Assembly (NCBI GenBank): GCA_964576435.1
Contig: CAZNUP010000002.1
Location: forward strand, 42,112 to 106,111
Length of the DNA stretch: 64,000 nucleotides
Origin: an uncultured Gammaproteobacteria bacterium
GTDB lineage: Bacteria > Patescibacteriota > Microgenomatia > JAMCZE01
Direction: 5' to 3'
Under the pieces are notes generated by a model. That model was not told the DNA's origin, made no database searches, and saw nothing but the letters and a program-made list of their open reading frames with translations. The position numbers were made by a program, and so were the translations under genes. Positions 1 through 17,300 of the stretch are shown here, piece by piece; the stretch's first letter is position 1; every line of letters starts with the position of its first letter.

Positions 1-1834
<1,834 letters not shown>

Positions 1835-1838
1835 TAAT

Positions 1839-2105
1839 ATGAATCTTCTTGAGGTCCGTGTGATTAGTCCGAGTGGGGAACTTCATAAACTTAGTGCCCG
1901 GTCAGTGTCGTCAAATAATTCGGCAGGTAGATTTGATATTTTGCCGGGACATGCAAATTTTGTCACTTTTATTTCTGGAAAAACAATTGATGTGGTTTTG
2001 GAAGATAAGCAAAATTTTGAGCTCAAATATCCTGTAGCAATCATCGAAGTTAGTAAAGATAAAGTGACTATTTTTGTTGATGTAGAATCTATAAAATCTT
2101 TGTAA
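1839..2105 (+). CDS. atpC: F0F1 ATP synthase subunit epsilon (N-terminal beta-sandwich only)
   Basis: VISPSG...GRFDILPGHANF motif; follows atpD; only 88 aa. Confidence 0.88.
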   Translation: MNLLEVRVISPSGELHKLSARSVSSNNSAGRFDILPGHANFVTFISGKTIDVVLEDKQNFELKYPVAIIEVSKDKVTIFVDVESIKSL

Positions 2106-2170
2106 ATATTTTTTCTACCTTTTCTAACAATCTATTCTTCATTTTTTAAATTTTCCGCAACTGAAGTGTT

Positions 2171-2224
2171 AACTTTTTTGGAAAAAGTTTTTTTCAAAAT
2201 GGTTTGATAGTGGTTTTTGAAAAA
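2171..2224. repeat. Two AT-rich inverted repeats between atpC and the giant gene
   Basis: AACTTTTT-tgg-AAAAAGTT (2171-2189) and TTTTTCAAAA-N15-TTTTGAAAAA (2190-2199 / 2215-2224). Confidence 0.45.
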
Positions 2225-2251
2225 CTCCTTAATTAATATTGATTCTCTCTA

Positions 2252-2280
2252 TTGACACTCCTCCTACTATATTATTAATT
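2252..2280 (+). promoter_or_regulatory. Candidate sigma-70 promoter for the giant gene
   Basis: Perfect TTGACA at 2252-2257 followed by an AT-rich -10 region; exact -10 hexamer ambiguous. Confidence 0.45.
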
Positions 2281-2368
2281 ATATATATGCAAAATTCCCG
2301 TGACGAGAAATCAAGTTCAAATACTTACTGCAACCTTTATGTTTCACGCAGCCTGAGAGCCTGCATTC

Positions 2369-5300
2369 TTGAACGATAAACTAATTTCAGCTTCGGAATT
2401 AATTAGATTAGCTTCAGAAAGAGGCTTCAGCTTTGGTCGCGGGAACCCGATGAATCGCCTCAGATATTACACAAAGATTGGGCTCATTCCTCATGCTGTA
2501 AGGAAACAGGCTCTTCCTGGACAACCATACACGGTTGGTTATTATCCAGACTACACATTGGATTTGTTACTTAAGATTCAAGGACTTCGCAAGGGTGGGC
2601 AGGATGTCTCTCAGGTTAAAGAACATATGAAGGTTGAGCAGGTTAGAGCTCATGTCAGGTCACAGCTTCCAACAGCTCAAGTTGGTGAAGGCTTAAACTC
2701 AGACAACTTATTGCACGCTTCAGAATATTTGTCCAATAATACACAAAGTTCTAGATCGATATCAAATGATACAGTTTTGGAAACCCAAAATGAAATTACT
2801 GAACTTGGAAATGATTCTGAGAAAAAGAGTGAAAAGAAAATATGGAAGTACGCTATCCCTGTTATACTCCTCTTTTTATTACTTGGTGGATTGGTCATTA
2901 CTGCCTCGAATTCTTTGTGGGGTAAACAATCTTTTTTTCAGATTGCTTCATTGCTAAACAATTCTCACAAGGAAACTGTTGAACTGGCTCAATCTCAAGG
3001 TGAAGTACTTGCGGGCTTTGATGTTAATAAGTTCTTGCAGTTCAATTCGAGGGTGAGATTTCAAAACACGTTTTTGAATCTGTCTGGCGATGAAGTGTCG
3101 ATTGACCAAGATCTGTTGACCACAAGTGAACCAACTTTTGCCACCCTGAACCTAACTGCGGGGACAAATCAGATCGTGCTTGGTGGCAACGGCACATTGG
3201 CTTGGCCAACAATAACAGGTAATCAAACTATATCATTCCCTGATGCTTCTGGAACAGTTTTATTGGCGACGAGCTCAGCAATAACCATCAACACATCGGG
3301 AAATCTTAGTGGTGGAGGAAGTGTGTCGCTTGGGGGGTCAATCACACTCACAGGGAATTCCTCGGGAGTCACAGCCACAACTTCCGCCGGATATATTCCG
3401 ATGATGGAAGCTAATGGTCAATTTGGCAACTCGATGTTGGCACAAAGTGGCGGCAATTTGTATGTGAATGGAACACAAGGCGTGACTTTGCCCAGCGTCT
3501 CCTGTGTTATCACGGAAAACGGCATCGTCACTGGCAGTGCCACATGTCCAACTCTCGGAGTGTCAGGGACACCAAACAGTATTGTTAAGTTTGTGACGTC
3601 GAACACGGTTGGGGATTCGTCAATTTCGGACACAGGAAGTGCAGTGACCATTGCCAATCCATTAACAATTACAACTGGAGGAATCACACTGACTGGATCA
3701 CAAGCTATTGATTCATCCGGAGGAACTTTATCGATTGGAACTAGTGGCCAAACTTCATTGACTCTTGGTAGAAATGCGGCACCAACAATCATTAACGGAG
3801 CGACCATTACTGCGGGACCATTGGTGCTCAACACCACAACCAATGTCGCGACATTTTCGGGACAGGTTGGAGTTGGGGGAGATCTTGATGTGTCAGGTTT
3901 TTATAGAGCAAATGGAGTGCCTGGCGTGAGTTTGGCAACAGCGTCGTGTGTTATTACGACAAACGGAATTGTGACTTCGAGTGCTGCGTGTCCTGGGAGT
4001 GGTTCGGGAGGATCAAAATGGCAACTTAATTCTGGAGTGCTGGCGCCAAATGATGTGACGCAATCATTAGCACTTGGCGGAATTTCCACAGGTTCAGCAC
4101 AAGTTTATTTTAATGCAGTTTCTGGAGATGGGACTTTTGCGGGAGCATTGGCAGCGGCCACACTTAACACAGGGCAAGGAGCAAATGAGCTCTACGCTAT
4201 GAATCAGGATGTCAGAACAAGTGATGCTCCGACGTTTGGAGGTTTGACACTTAGCAATTTAACGACCAACAATGGACTTTTGTACACGAACGGATCGGGA
4301 GTGTTGGCGCAAACCACAGCTGGAACAAGTGGACAATGTTTGGTGGGCAACACTGGGAGTGCACCAAGTTGGAGTGATTGTGGAACAGCAAGTGGAGATG
4401 ATTGGCAAAGAAATGCCGGAGCAATTTCGCCACTTAATGTCACAGACTCTTTGATCATCGGAGGGACGGCAACGAGTTCTGGAAAGTTTCAAATATATGG
4501 AGTCAGTAGCTTGAATCCAGTAGCCAGCATCTCGGCATCTTCTTCAAAAGCCGCCTTTATTGTTGACAACACGGTTGGGGATTTGTTCACAGCTTCTTCA
4601 TCAGGGCTTTCAAGATTTGTGATTAAACAGAATGGTAATATTGGGATTGGGACTAGCAATCCTGGCGGTGCATTTCAGGTTGTTGGAGGAGGAACTTCAT
4701 TTACGTTGAATAGCTCTGGTGTACTTACTTCTCAGTTTAATGTGGCAAACGATATTGTTCCCACAACAGATGCATCTAGGTCTCTGGGTAATAGCAGTAA
4801 TGGTTGGTTTTCCTTATATACTAATCAAATTCATAGCACCAACAGTGAAGATTTGTCTTTAAATTCTTCTGGAACGCAGATTTATGTTTTGGACACGCTA
4901 AATTTTGGTTCTGTATCTACAGATATTATAACTGGTACAAATGAGGATTTGGTCATTACACCGGGAGGAACGGGTAATGTTGGAATAAACACTTCTACAC
5001 CGCAGGCAAAATTCCAAGTTTTTAACTCCTCCAATTCTCAGACCGCTTCAATCTCGGCCGCAAACGGCAAGTCAGCGTTGTTAGTTGATAATACTGTAGG
5101 AGATCTAATCACTGCTTCTTCATCAGGAATAAGTAGATTCACAGTCAAACAAAACGGGGATGTGATCATCAATACTCTTGCCGCGTCAAACGCGGTGACC
5201 TATGTTGACTCCACTGGAAAACTCAATGGAGTGACACCAAATGGATCTTCAATTATGTGTCTAACCCAAGCAACAAGCGGAGCTCCACAATGGAGTGATT

Positions 5301-8300
5301 GTAACTCAGGTGGAGGAATCAGTGGCTCTGGCACTTTGAACTACATTTCTAAATTCACACCTGATGGATCAACACTTGGGAACACTGGACTGTATGAAAC
5401 ATCAGGAGCTCTTGGATATGGAACCATAGCACCACTTGCAAAGCTTGATATTCAAGGTGGAGCAACCACATCTGCAATCGCTTCATTCTCTGGAGCAACT
5501 GGAAAAGCATCTTTGGTGGTGGATAACAGTGTTGGTGATTTGTTCACTGCAAGTTCATCTGGAATGACAAGATTTGTTATTAATCAGAATGGGAACGTCG
5601 GAATTGGAACCAGTAATGCGGCAAACGCACTCGATGTTAAAGGGAATGTTACCGTTCGCGGAAATTCCACAGGAACACCTGGTGGAAGCCAAGGATTGCT
5701 TTTGGGTTACTCCTCCACTGGAAATGTTGGAAGCATTACTTCTATTTATTCAGGGAATTATTTCACCACACTTTCTCTTGTTGCAGCAGAAATAACATTT
5801 AACACTGGAGCAAGTGGTACTGAGCAAATGCGTCTCACTCAGCAGGCAACTCTTGGACTTGGAACAACAGTGCCGCTTGGTAGGCTTGATGTTCGGGGAA
5901 ATTCAACCATTGCCAATTCTGGGACAAATTCAGTGGCGACATTTTCCGGAGCAACGTCGAAAGCAGTTCTTGTTGTTGACAACTCTGGGGTTGGTGACTT
6001 GATTACTGCGTCTTCTTCAGGCATGAGCAGATTCACAGTCAAACAAAATGGTGATGTGATCATTAACTCTCTTGCAGCAGCAAACGCGGTTACCTATGTT
6101 GATTCAACTGGAAAGTTGAATGGAATTACTCCAAATGGCACTGGAACTGCACTGTGTCTGACACAAACATCATCTGGAACTCCAACATGGGCATCGTGTA
6201 ATTCAGGTGGAGGAATTTCTGGTTCAGGAACATTGAATTATATCTCCAAATTCACACCCGATGGATCAACACTTGGGAATTCTTCCATTTTTGACAACGG
6301 GAGTGTGCAAATTGGTGGAGCAACTCCTGTTGCACTGTTCAACATTGGAGCTAACAGTGATGTCAGAATCAATGGAACTGGAGATATCACAGCCAGAACA
6401 TTCAATGGCAACACTATTGCAACTGGATCTGGAAACTTAACGATTTCTGGGACAGCAAATGTTGATCAAGATTTGAGAACCGTTTCTTCACCAACATTTG
6501 CAGGACTGACACTTAGTTCACTGACAACAAACAACGGTCTTTTGTACACCAATGGATCTGGTGTGATTGCTCAAAGCGCTGCTGGTGCAACAGGGGAATG
6601 TTTGATTGGTAACACAGGATCTGCTCCAACATGGAGTTCGTGTTCATCTGCAGCATCTGACGACTGGCAAAGAAACAGTGGGGTACTTTCACCAACAAAC
6701 ATCACTGATTCACTCATTATTGGTGGAACGTCCACTGCTTCTGGAAAGTTCCAGGTTTATGGACTCTCATCACTTAATCCTGTGGCAAGCATCTCAGGTT
6801 CATCAGCAGTCGCTGCTTTAGTTGTTGATAATTCTGCTGGAGATGTGTTCACCGCATCAACATCTGGATTAACTAGATTTGTGGTAAATAAAAATGGAAA
6901 TATTGGAATCGGTACTAGTAACCCAACACGGCCGTTCCATGTTGTGGATGGAAGTTCAGTGATTTACGCTAGCAATAATATTGGCACAACTTTGGCGTAT
7001 GGTACAAGCAGTCTTGATGCCAGGAATGGATTTGTCACTTTAGGAAATAATGCTGGGTCAATAACTTATAACGGCACTGAGTTTTATCCACAAGTTTCGA
7101 ACAATGTAAATATCGGGAGAGCAAGCCTAACTTATAAGAATTTGTATCTAAATAATCTCCAAGTCCTTAACTCAGGAACAACAGCAAATGCTTCTATATC
7201 CGGGTCAACAGCATTTGCTGGTCTTGTTGTTGACAACTCTGGTGTTGGTGACTTGATTACTGCATCTTCTTCAGGGGCCAGTAGATTCACAGTCAAACAA
7301 AATGGTGATGTGGTTATTAATTCTCTTGCAGCAGCAAATGCAGTGACCTATGTTGATTCAACTGGAAAGTTGAATGGAATTACTCCAAATGCAGGAGCCA
7401 TTCAATGTTTGACTCAAACATCTTCTGGAACACCAGTGTGGGCAGCGTGTTCATCTGGTGGAGGATTGTCTGGGTCTGGAACCTTAAACTATATCTCCAA
7501 ATTCACACCAGATGGATCAACACTTGGGAACACTGGGCTGTATGAAACATCAAATGCACTTGGCTATGGAACCATTGCACCTCTAGCTAAACTTGACATT
7601 CAAGGTGGGGCAACAACATCTGCAATTGCTTCGTTCTCTGGATCAACAGGAACAGCTGCTCTGGTTGTTGATAACTCAGTGGGAGATTTATTCACTGCAA
7701 GTTCATCTGGACTTTCTAGGTTTGTGATTAAGCAAAACGGAACTGTTGGGATTGGTTTGAGTGCACCAGGAAACTTACAAATTGGAGTTGATGGTGCCGG
7801 TGCCGCGAACAACTTTACAGCTTATGGAACTACATCTGGAGGAAGGATAGTGATGAATGGAAGCGGCTTATCCAATCCCAGAGGAACTAATAATCTTTGG
7901 CTTAGGGCATCTGATCTGGTCATATCAAACGGAACCATCACTACCGTAAATAGCGATTTAACACTTGCGCCAATGTCAACGTATAACACTGTGATAACTT
8001 CGGGTAATGTGGGCATTGGCAGTGCAACACCCGGAACAACACTCGATATCACTGGGACATTGAGAGCATCAGGAGTCACCACACTTTCCAACTACACCAC
8101 AAACAATGGTCTTTTGTACACCAATGGTTCTGGTGTTGTTGCACAAACTGCAGCGGGATCAACTGGAGAGTGTTTGATTGGCAACACAGGAAGTGCACCA
8201 TCATGGAGTTCGTGTTCATCAGCAGCATCTGATGATTGGCAGAGAAATGCTGGAGTTCTTTCTCCGACAAACATAACTGATTCACTCATTATTGGTGGAA

Positions 8301-11300
8301 CTGCAACGTCTTCTGGAAAGTTTCAAATATATGGAGTCAGTAGTCTGAATCCTGTAGCCAGCATTTCTGCTTCAAGTTCACAAGCTGCATTGGTTATTGA
8401 TAACACAGTCGGAGATTTGTTCACTGCATCTTCGTCTGGACTTACAAGGTTTGTGATTAACCAAAATGGGAACGTTGGAATTGGAACTTCCAACCCAAGT
8501 TATAAACTGGATGTGGTCGGAACGAATATGCAGTTTTGGAATGGTGGGACGGGGAATGGCTTTAATTTTACTACGGCCGCTTCGGGTGGCGATGTAACCT
8601 TAACCGCAACTGGTCCAACTTCAGCTGGAGATTTCATTATTAAACCAGTTAGTACTAGTGGGTCAGATCTGATATTAACTTCGCCAAATGGTATTACCAA
8701 AGTTCGTGGTGGAGACCCGCTCTTAAATATTGAAGAGTCAAATGGCACTTTGCGATATGCTTTCTCGAAAAATACCGCTACTTTTGATTGGGCTGACTAT
8801 CCAGGAGTTTTGACATTTGATACAAATGGAATATCTTACGCTGGGGCGGCTTTGAATTTGGGCACTTCAGATAGCAACTTGGTTGCGTTAAAAACAGGGG
8901 GATCCGAGAGAATGAGAGTTGATACTAATGGCAATATCGGTGTGGGAACTACTGCTCCAATTGGTTTATTAAATGTTTCAAACAAAGCAACCGGAAAGGC
9001 TTTAACTATCCTCAATGAAACTGGAGATCAAAACATTCTTGTTGGCTCAGCTTCAGGAACAACGGAATTTGTGTTTGATCGAACTGGTGGACTGACATTG
9101 ACTGGTCTTGCAGGAAGTGCAAACTCACTAGTGTATGTTGACGCCAATGGAAAACTGACAAACACTGCCGCTGGAACAAGTGGACAGTGTTTGGTGGGAA
9201 ACACAGGAGCACCAGCATCATGGAGTTCGTGCTCAGGAGCAGCTGGAGGACTATTTTGGCAGAGAAATTCTGGAGTGTTAGCACCACAAAACATTTCTGA
9301 ATCACTCGCTATTGGGGGAACTTCCACCAGTTCAGCTCTGGCATATTTTGATGGAGTTAATGGCAATGCACTGCTTCGTGGCGGTCTATCAGTTGCAAGT
9401 TCATCGGGAGCTGCAGCTCTCACAGTTAATCAATCGTCAACTGGAGATATTTTCACAGCAAGTGCAGCGGGAGTTTCAAAATTTGTTATCACAGCGGCTG
9501 GTAACGTCGGGATTGGAACTACAGTCCCTGGGGCAAGCTTGTCCATAAATAATAGCTCAGGAACTAGTGCAGATATTGTTCAACAAGGCACTTCTTTTTA
9601 CGGATTGTTGCGCGGAAATTTAATACGAGGAGGCACCAGCTCCAGTATTTATGGCCAAATCGATCTTTATAACGGCTCCACTGGGGATTTAAATATTATT
9701 CCAAGGGGTTCAAATAACTTTACTGTAGTCACTAATTCTATTGAGCGATTTAGGATTGATGGGAACGGAAATGTCGGAGTGGGAACAACAGTTCCATTGG
9801 CAACATTAAACGTCAAGACAGTTGGAAATACTCAAACAGCTTCTATCTCGGGGACAAGTGGCACAGCAGCACTTCTTGTTGACAATACTGTTGGTGATTT
9901 GTTCACGGCCTCTTCTTCAGGAGCTTCAAGATTCACAGTCAAACAAAATGGTGATGTGATCATTAACTCTCTTGCAGCAGCAAACGCAGTTACTTATGTT
10001 GACTCAACTGGAAAATTGAATGGAATTACTCCAAATGGAACTGGAACTGCACTGTGCCTCACTCAAACTTCAAGTGGAACACCAACATGGGCATCGTGTA
10101 ATTCAGGTGGAGGAATTTCGGGTTCAGGAACACTCAACTATATTTCCAAATTTACTCCAGATGGATCAACACTGGGGAATTCTGGACTGTTTGACACTGG
10201 ATCCGCTCTTTCTTATGGAACAACTAATGCCTTAGCAACTCTGGATATCCGGTCTCAATCAGGTATCACAGGTATTGCGAGTATCTCAGGTAGCACAGCA
10301 CATGCTGCACTGGTTGTCGATAATTCTGGAGTTGGAGATATCTTCACAGCATCCAGTTCTGGTTTGACACGTTTTGTTATACAGCAAAATGGCAATGTGG
10401 CAATTGGTGGGGCAGTGCGACTTGGACAAAATGGCGGAGCAAATGATGTGCTTAATACAGCAGCTGCGATCGGAGCTCCAAGTGGTCAACTCTATTGGGG
10501 TTCACGATATCTGTGCGATTCCACAAACAACTGCGTTGGTGGTGGAGGCGGAGGAGCAATTGGTGGAGGCGGAGTGGCCAACTATATTTCTAAATTTACA
10601 CCTGATGGAAACAATATTGGCAATTCACAACTGTATGACACCGGATCGGCAATTGCCATTGGCACAACATCACCCTTGGCAACTATTGATGTCAGATCTC
10701 AATCAGGTATCACAGGTATTGCGAGTATCTCAGGTAGCACAGCACACGCGGCACTGGTTGTCGATAATTCCGGGGTCGGTGACATTTTCACTGCTTCGTC
10801 AGCGGGACTGGCAAGATTTGTGATTAAGAATAGCGGGAATATTGGAATCGGAACCACAACGACAACTGCTAAATTAACTTTGTTAACTTCAGGTGTAGGT
10901 GATGGATTCACGGCAATTAATTCTTCAACTTTGGGAGCTAATTCTGGAGCCGGGATTGTTGGGAGAACGTCAAGTGATCCAACTGGTGCAGATCAGCGGC
11001 TTGGATTTTATGTATTTGGCAGCAATGGTTCGAACGCAGCTAATTCGGCGGGAATGCTTGGGTATGCTGGCGGAGCCTGGAGTGGCAGTTCAAAACCAGC
11101 ATATTTGACGTTTGAAACAACAGCGGTTGGGTCCACGTCACGGGCAGAACAAATGAGGATTGATGCCAACGGCAACGTTGGAATTAGTAGTTCTGTTCCA
11201 GGAGCGAAACTGGATGTTTTGACCAGCGCAGGAAGCGGACAGACCGCCCTTTTTAGTAATTACGGTACTGGAGTTCCGCTCACGCTAACCAATGGTAGTG

Positions 11301-14300
11301 GATCAACATCAAATGTGTTTTCTGCGACCCGTTTTGGTTCGCAGGTGTTCAGAGTTGGTGGTACCGGCGATTATGCTATGTATGCTTCCCATACGAGTGC
11401 AACCGTTCCTGTTGGATTTATTTATAATTCCGACGTTTCCGGTACTGGGCTAAATATCCTCGGAGCTAATGGGGCTACAGGTAAACTACTTTATGTACAA
11501 TCGTGGGGTTCCACCGATTTACTTACGGTCAAAGGTAATGGGGATGTAATTATGAATGGTGGTAACATTGGAATTGGTTCCGCTTCCCCAATTGGAAAAC
11601 TCAACGTTTCAGGAGCTGCAACTGGAAAAGCTCTCACAATCTTGAATGAAACTGGCGACCAAAACATCCTCGTTGGTTCTGCCTCTGGAGTGACTGAATT
11701 TGTGTTTGACAGATCTGGAGGACTGACTTTGACTGGTCTTTCCGGAAGTGCAAACTCACTTGTGTATGTTGATGCTAATGGGAAACTCACAAACACTGCT
11801 GCGGGAACAAGTGGACAGTGTTTGGTTGGGAACACTGGTTCTCCAGCATCGTGGAGTGATTGTGGAACTGCATCTGGAGATGATTGGCAAAGAAATGCTG
11901 GAGCGTTGTCACCAAAGAATATTTCTGACAGTTTGATCATTGGTGGAACTGCAACATCATCTGGAAAGTTCCAGGTTTATGGAGTCAGTAGTCTGAATCC
12001 TGTAGCCAGCATTTCAGCTTCAAGTTCACAAGCCGCATTGGTTATTGATAATACGGTCGGAGATTTGTTCACGGCAAGTTCGTCTGGACTAACAAGATTT
12101 GTGATCCAGCAGAATGGTAATGTTGGAATTGGATATTCCAATCCTTCAGGTGCAAAATTGGCAATCAATGGAGGGGTCGGAATTGGAACAACAACAGCAA
12201 GTTATGCGCTTGATGTCGAAGGAAATATCAGGTCTAGAAGCACAGGGTATATTGGAACAAATGCAGAAGATCTGGGACTATACTTGGGTCCAGACACTTC
12301 AAGATTTATCTTTGCTCGGTCTGGTGGAACTTTGTCAATTGGTGCAGGTTCTAATGACAGGATAACCCTTCTAAGTGGAGGCAATGTCGGTATCAATTCA
12401 ACAACACCTGGAGCAAATTTTGATGTTACAGGCACAGCACGCATTTCAGGAGTTACAACACTTTCCAACTACACCACAAACAATGGTTTGTTATACACAA
12501 ATGGTTCAGGTGTTATTGCTCAAACTGCTGCTGGTGCAACAGGGGAATGTTTGATTGGCAATACAGGAAGTGCACCATCATGGAGTTCATGTTCAGCAGC
12601 AGCTGGAGGACTATTCTGGCAGAGAAATTCTGGAGTGTTAGCACCACAAAACATTTCTGAATCACTCGCTATTGGGGGAACTTCCACCAGTTCAGCTTTG
12701 GCATATTTTGATGGAGTAAATGGCAATGCACTGCTTCGTGGTGGAGCTTACATTGCATCATCTTCTGGAAAAGCAGCACTTACTGTTAACCAATCATCAA
12801 CTGGAGATTTGTTCACTGCATCTGCAGCAGGCGCATCGAGATTTGTGATTAACAATGTGGGGAACGTTGGAGTGGGAACTAGTAATCCGACCAATAAGTT
12901 GTATGTGGCCGCTGGAGCAATCGCTGCAGGATCAAATGGTGTTTTATTCTCGGGTGATATTTCGGGGGGGAATATGTATTCAGCTCAACTCGGAGTCTTT
13001 AACTCTGGTTCTGCAAATGCTCCAACGAGATTGCAATTTGGAGATTTGACCGCTGGGGAAGGGACAGCTGTTATTGAATCAGCTCGTACCGGCTCACTTA
13101 CTGGCTATTTAGCTTTCCAAACTCGCAACACAAATTATGTTGAAGCAATGAGGATTAATTCTGATGGGAACGTTGGTATTAACACGACACTTCCTGTTAA
13201 TAAACTTGATGTGAGTGGTTCGGCAGCCTTTGGTTCGTATGCGGGAGCTAACTCTGCCCCATCAAATGGCCTAATTGTGAGCGGGAACGTCGGTGTGGGG
13301 ACGACGACACCAGGAGGAATTCTTGAAGTGTCTGGACACCTGACAGGTTGGAATCCGTTTGTATTGTTCGAAGACACAGGTGATCCGGGTGCTGGGGCAA
13401 CGACGCTTGAGATCAAAAATTCTCAGTCTGATTTAAAAATTCGCGCTTACGGTTCAACAGCTCCAAGTTATCTGGCCAATGCGGTTGGTTTGTGGTCCGA
13501 CGCAAACGACATGATTAACGGTGTTGGTTCAGGGAAGAAAATTTATTTGGCTTCAAATGATAATTATGCAAACCCTGAAGTTACAATTGCCGCCGGGAAT
13601 GTTGGAATTGGGAGTGTCACTCCAGGCTTTAAATTTGATGTTAATGGAAACACTAATTCAACGGCATATTATGTTGGTGGAGTGGCTGGTGCAGCAAGTG
13701 TCAGTAACTCATGTGTTAATGTCACAAACGGCATTGTTACATCAGCTGGAACATGCGCATTAGCAGGTAATCAGTGGCAACTCAATTCAGGTGTGATTGC
13801 ACCATATGATGTTACACAAAGTGTTGCTATTGGTGGGACAGCAACAAGTTCAGCACTTGTATATTTCAACGGAGTCAATGGCAATGCACTGCTTCGTGGT
13901 GGACTATCAGTTGCTTCATCATCTGGTGCAGCAGCTCTCACTGTTAACCAATCATCAACAGGGGATATCTTCACAGCTTCTGCTGCTGGAGCTTCAAAGT
14001 TTGTGATTACTGCAGCGGGGAACGTTGGGATTGGCAGCAGTGCTCCTGGCAATAAGTTTGTGGTAAATGGTGGAGCTTTGGTTGATGGGGGATCGGTTGG
14101 AGTTATTAAGGGAGATAATTCCACTGGCAGCTTTACTGCACATCTTAATCTCTTGAATAACGGGACAGCGGGAAATGTAGTTCGACTCGGCTTTGGGGAT
14201 GAAACTGCGGGAGAAGGCGTCGCGGCAATCGAGTCAGCAAGAACCGGGTCACAGCAAGGCTATCTGTCGTTCCGAACAAGAAACGCCACGATGAATGAAG

Positions 14301-17300
14301 TTGGGAGATTTGACCACACGGGCAATTTGGGGATTGGTTACAGCTCAAGTCTTAATGGCAAATTAGTGGTTAACGGCAACGTCGGAATTGGAACTTCAAC
14401 AGCCAATGCGGCACTGGAAGTTGTTGGGACGACTGGCATGCTCCTTAAAGCCAACAGTTCATCAGCCGGCTTCACAATTAAAGATCGGGCATCGGTGCCA
14501 GGAGATCAGTTGATTTTTGAAGGGAATACAGGAAATTACACTGTCTTTAATGTTGGCACCAATGGGGCAACTTCCGGAAGTCCAAAGCAATCTGGTTTTG
14601 CTTTGTGGACAGTTGACCCTGATAGCACTGACGATGCAACTCAGTTCCAAGTGCAGTCTAATCCCACATATGGTGGTGTGGTGTTCACCCAAAAGTTTGG
14701 TTCGGGAGCACAAGGTGACTATCCAATTTCGTTGCAGTCAGTTTGGGATCAAGTCTCGACACCAAGTCAACTTGTGCTCGGAACTGGTGGCAATGTTGGG
14801 GTTGGCAGTTCAAGCCCAGGGAATAAGCTTGATGTCACTGGAACTTTGAGGGCGTCGGGCGTGACCACTTTGTCAAACTACACTACTAATAATGGACTGC
14901 TTTACACCAACGGTTCCGGGGTCATTGCTCAAACTGCCGCCGGCTCAACAGGGCAGTGTTTGGTGGGGGCAACAGGATCTGCACCTTCCTGGGCAGCGTG
15001 TGCAGCTGGATCTAGGTGGCAGTTAAACAGCGGAGTGCTTGCCCCAAATGATGTAACACAATCTTTGGCAATAGGGGGAACGGCAACGGGTTCAGCTCTG
15101 GCATATTTTGATGGAGTGAACGGAAATGCACTTCTTAGAGGTGGACTTTCAGTTGCATCATCTTCTGGAAAAGCAGCTCTCACAGTTAATCAGTCAAGCA
15201 CTGGGGATTTGTTCACAGCAAGTGCAGCAGGTGCATCGAGATTCGTGATTAATAATGCTGGCAACGTCGGAATTGGAACGAGCAACCCAACACAAAAATT
15301 AGTGGTTGGTGGTGCAACAAGTGAACTCGAGCTGTATTCGGATTCGGATTTGGGCACTATTGATTCACGAGCTTTGGGTGGGTCATCGTCAAGATGGCTC
15401 GTTATTAATCCAAGCGGTGGCAACGTCGGCATCGGAACGACGGGAGTTAGCAATTCTAAATTCTTGGTGTATGGCGATAGTGGGGCATCGGCGACAAATA
15501 GTTTGGCCATTTTTGGCGATAACCTTGGCATGAGCACCGATGTTAATCGAGCCAAAGTAACCATTGGCAACACTGATGGAATTTCTGAACTCCTATTAGG
15601 GCAAGACAGCACTCACGGGCTGCTGTTTAATTGGAACTATAACGCAACGGCTGGAAACGCGTATGGCGTTTTGGAAACATATGGTGGCAATAATCCGCTA
15701 GCTTTGCAAACAGCTGGTGGTAATGTTGGCATTGGCAGCATCACGCCGGGCTATAAACTCGATGTGAATGGCAACACCAATTCAACTGGGTATTATGTTG
15801 GTGGAGTGGCTGGAGCATCCGTCACAGGACAGTGTGTCACAACAACAAACGGAATTGTTACAGCCAGTGCAACATGTCCAGCAACTGGCGGATCAAAGTG
15901 GCAGCTTAATTCGGGAGTCCTTGCTCCAAATGATGTGACACAAAGTTTGGCAATTGGTGGAACAGCAACTTCAAGCGCACTCGTTTATTTTGACGGAGTC
16001 AATGGCAATGCACTTCTTCGAGGTGGTCTTTCAGTGGCATCATCATCTGGAAAAGCAGCTTTGACAGTTAATCAATCAAGTACTGGAGATATTTTCACAG
16101 CAAGTGCAGCAGGAGCTTCAAAGTTTGTTATTACTTCAGCTGGGAATGTTGGAGTAAATACTACAAACCCCGCAGCATTGTTGGAGATCCATAGCTCGAA
16201 TAATTATTCTAACAGTGGACTAGTATTGACTAATAATGTGGGAGTAGTTAGTGGAGGGTTATCCCTGGGTGGCAGTGGAGAAGTGATATTTAGTTCATCA
16301 AATCTAAATTATTTGTCTATTCAAGCAGGGGGTTTTGGAATTGCTAACAGTATTAATGATTCTTATAGCGGTTTGCTTCAAGTCCCAAATGGTTTGCAGG
16401 TTAATCCCGCTTCGGCTAGTTCTATCGGACTTTCTGTGTTTGGAGAAAGTGGACAAACAGCTAATTTGTCAAACTGGTATGACTCCTCCAGTAATTTGCT
16501 GTTTTCTGTTAATAATCGTGGGTATATTGCTAATGAAGGCAACATAACTGGGCTAAATAATATTCCTGGTTCATTGTCTGTGAATGACATTTTATCTGTG
16601 GCTGCAACATCCTCTGCTTATCCGGCATTTAGACTTAATGCTACAACGGGGCAAGCAGCGATGGTTATTAATCAAGATGATCCGGGTGGAGATTTGTTCA
16701 CTGCCTCGGCAGCTGGTTCACCAAAAGTGGTCATTAGTAATGTTGGGTTCTTGGGAGTTGGCACTACGACACCAGGTGGAATTGGACATTTTAGACAGGA
16801 TGCTAATGGTGGAGTTAGAGTTTATGTTGACAATGCAAGCAATGGTTCGTCGGCTTCAGTCGGGATCGCGCTTCGTGCAACACTCTTGACTGGTGATGGA
16901 ACATTTAACATCGCTAAATATGGATCAGGCTACAGTGATAACCCAAATTGGACAAATGCAGGAGTTATATCCGCCTGGAACGATGTAGCAGGAATAAGAA
17001 TAAGTTCATTTAATGGCCTGGCTTTTGAGACCGGAAATAATGCAGTGAGAGGTTCTTGGACTAATACTGGAAATTTGGGCATAAACACAACCGCACCTCT
17101 TTCTCTTTTTGATGTGCGCGGGGTGAACGGGACAAATGCATATTCTGGTATTTCCTCGGTGGCAACAATTTCTGGCCAAACTTCATTTGCAACTTTGGTT
17201 GTTGATAATTCTGGGGTGGGAGATTTGTTTACAGCTTCTTCCTCTGGCCTTACAAGATTTGTAATTAATCAGAACGGAAATATTGGTATTGGCACAACAT

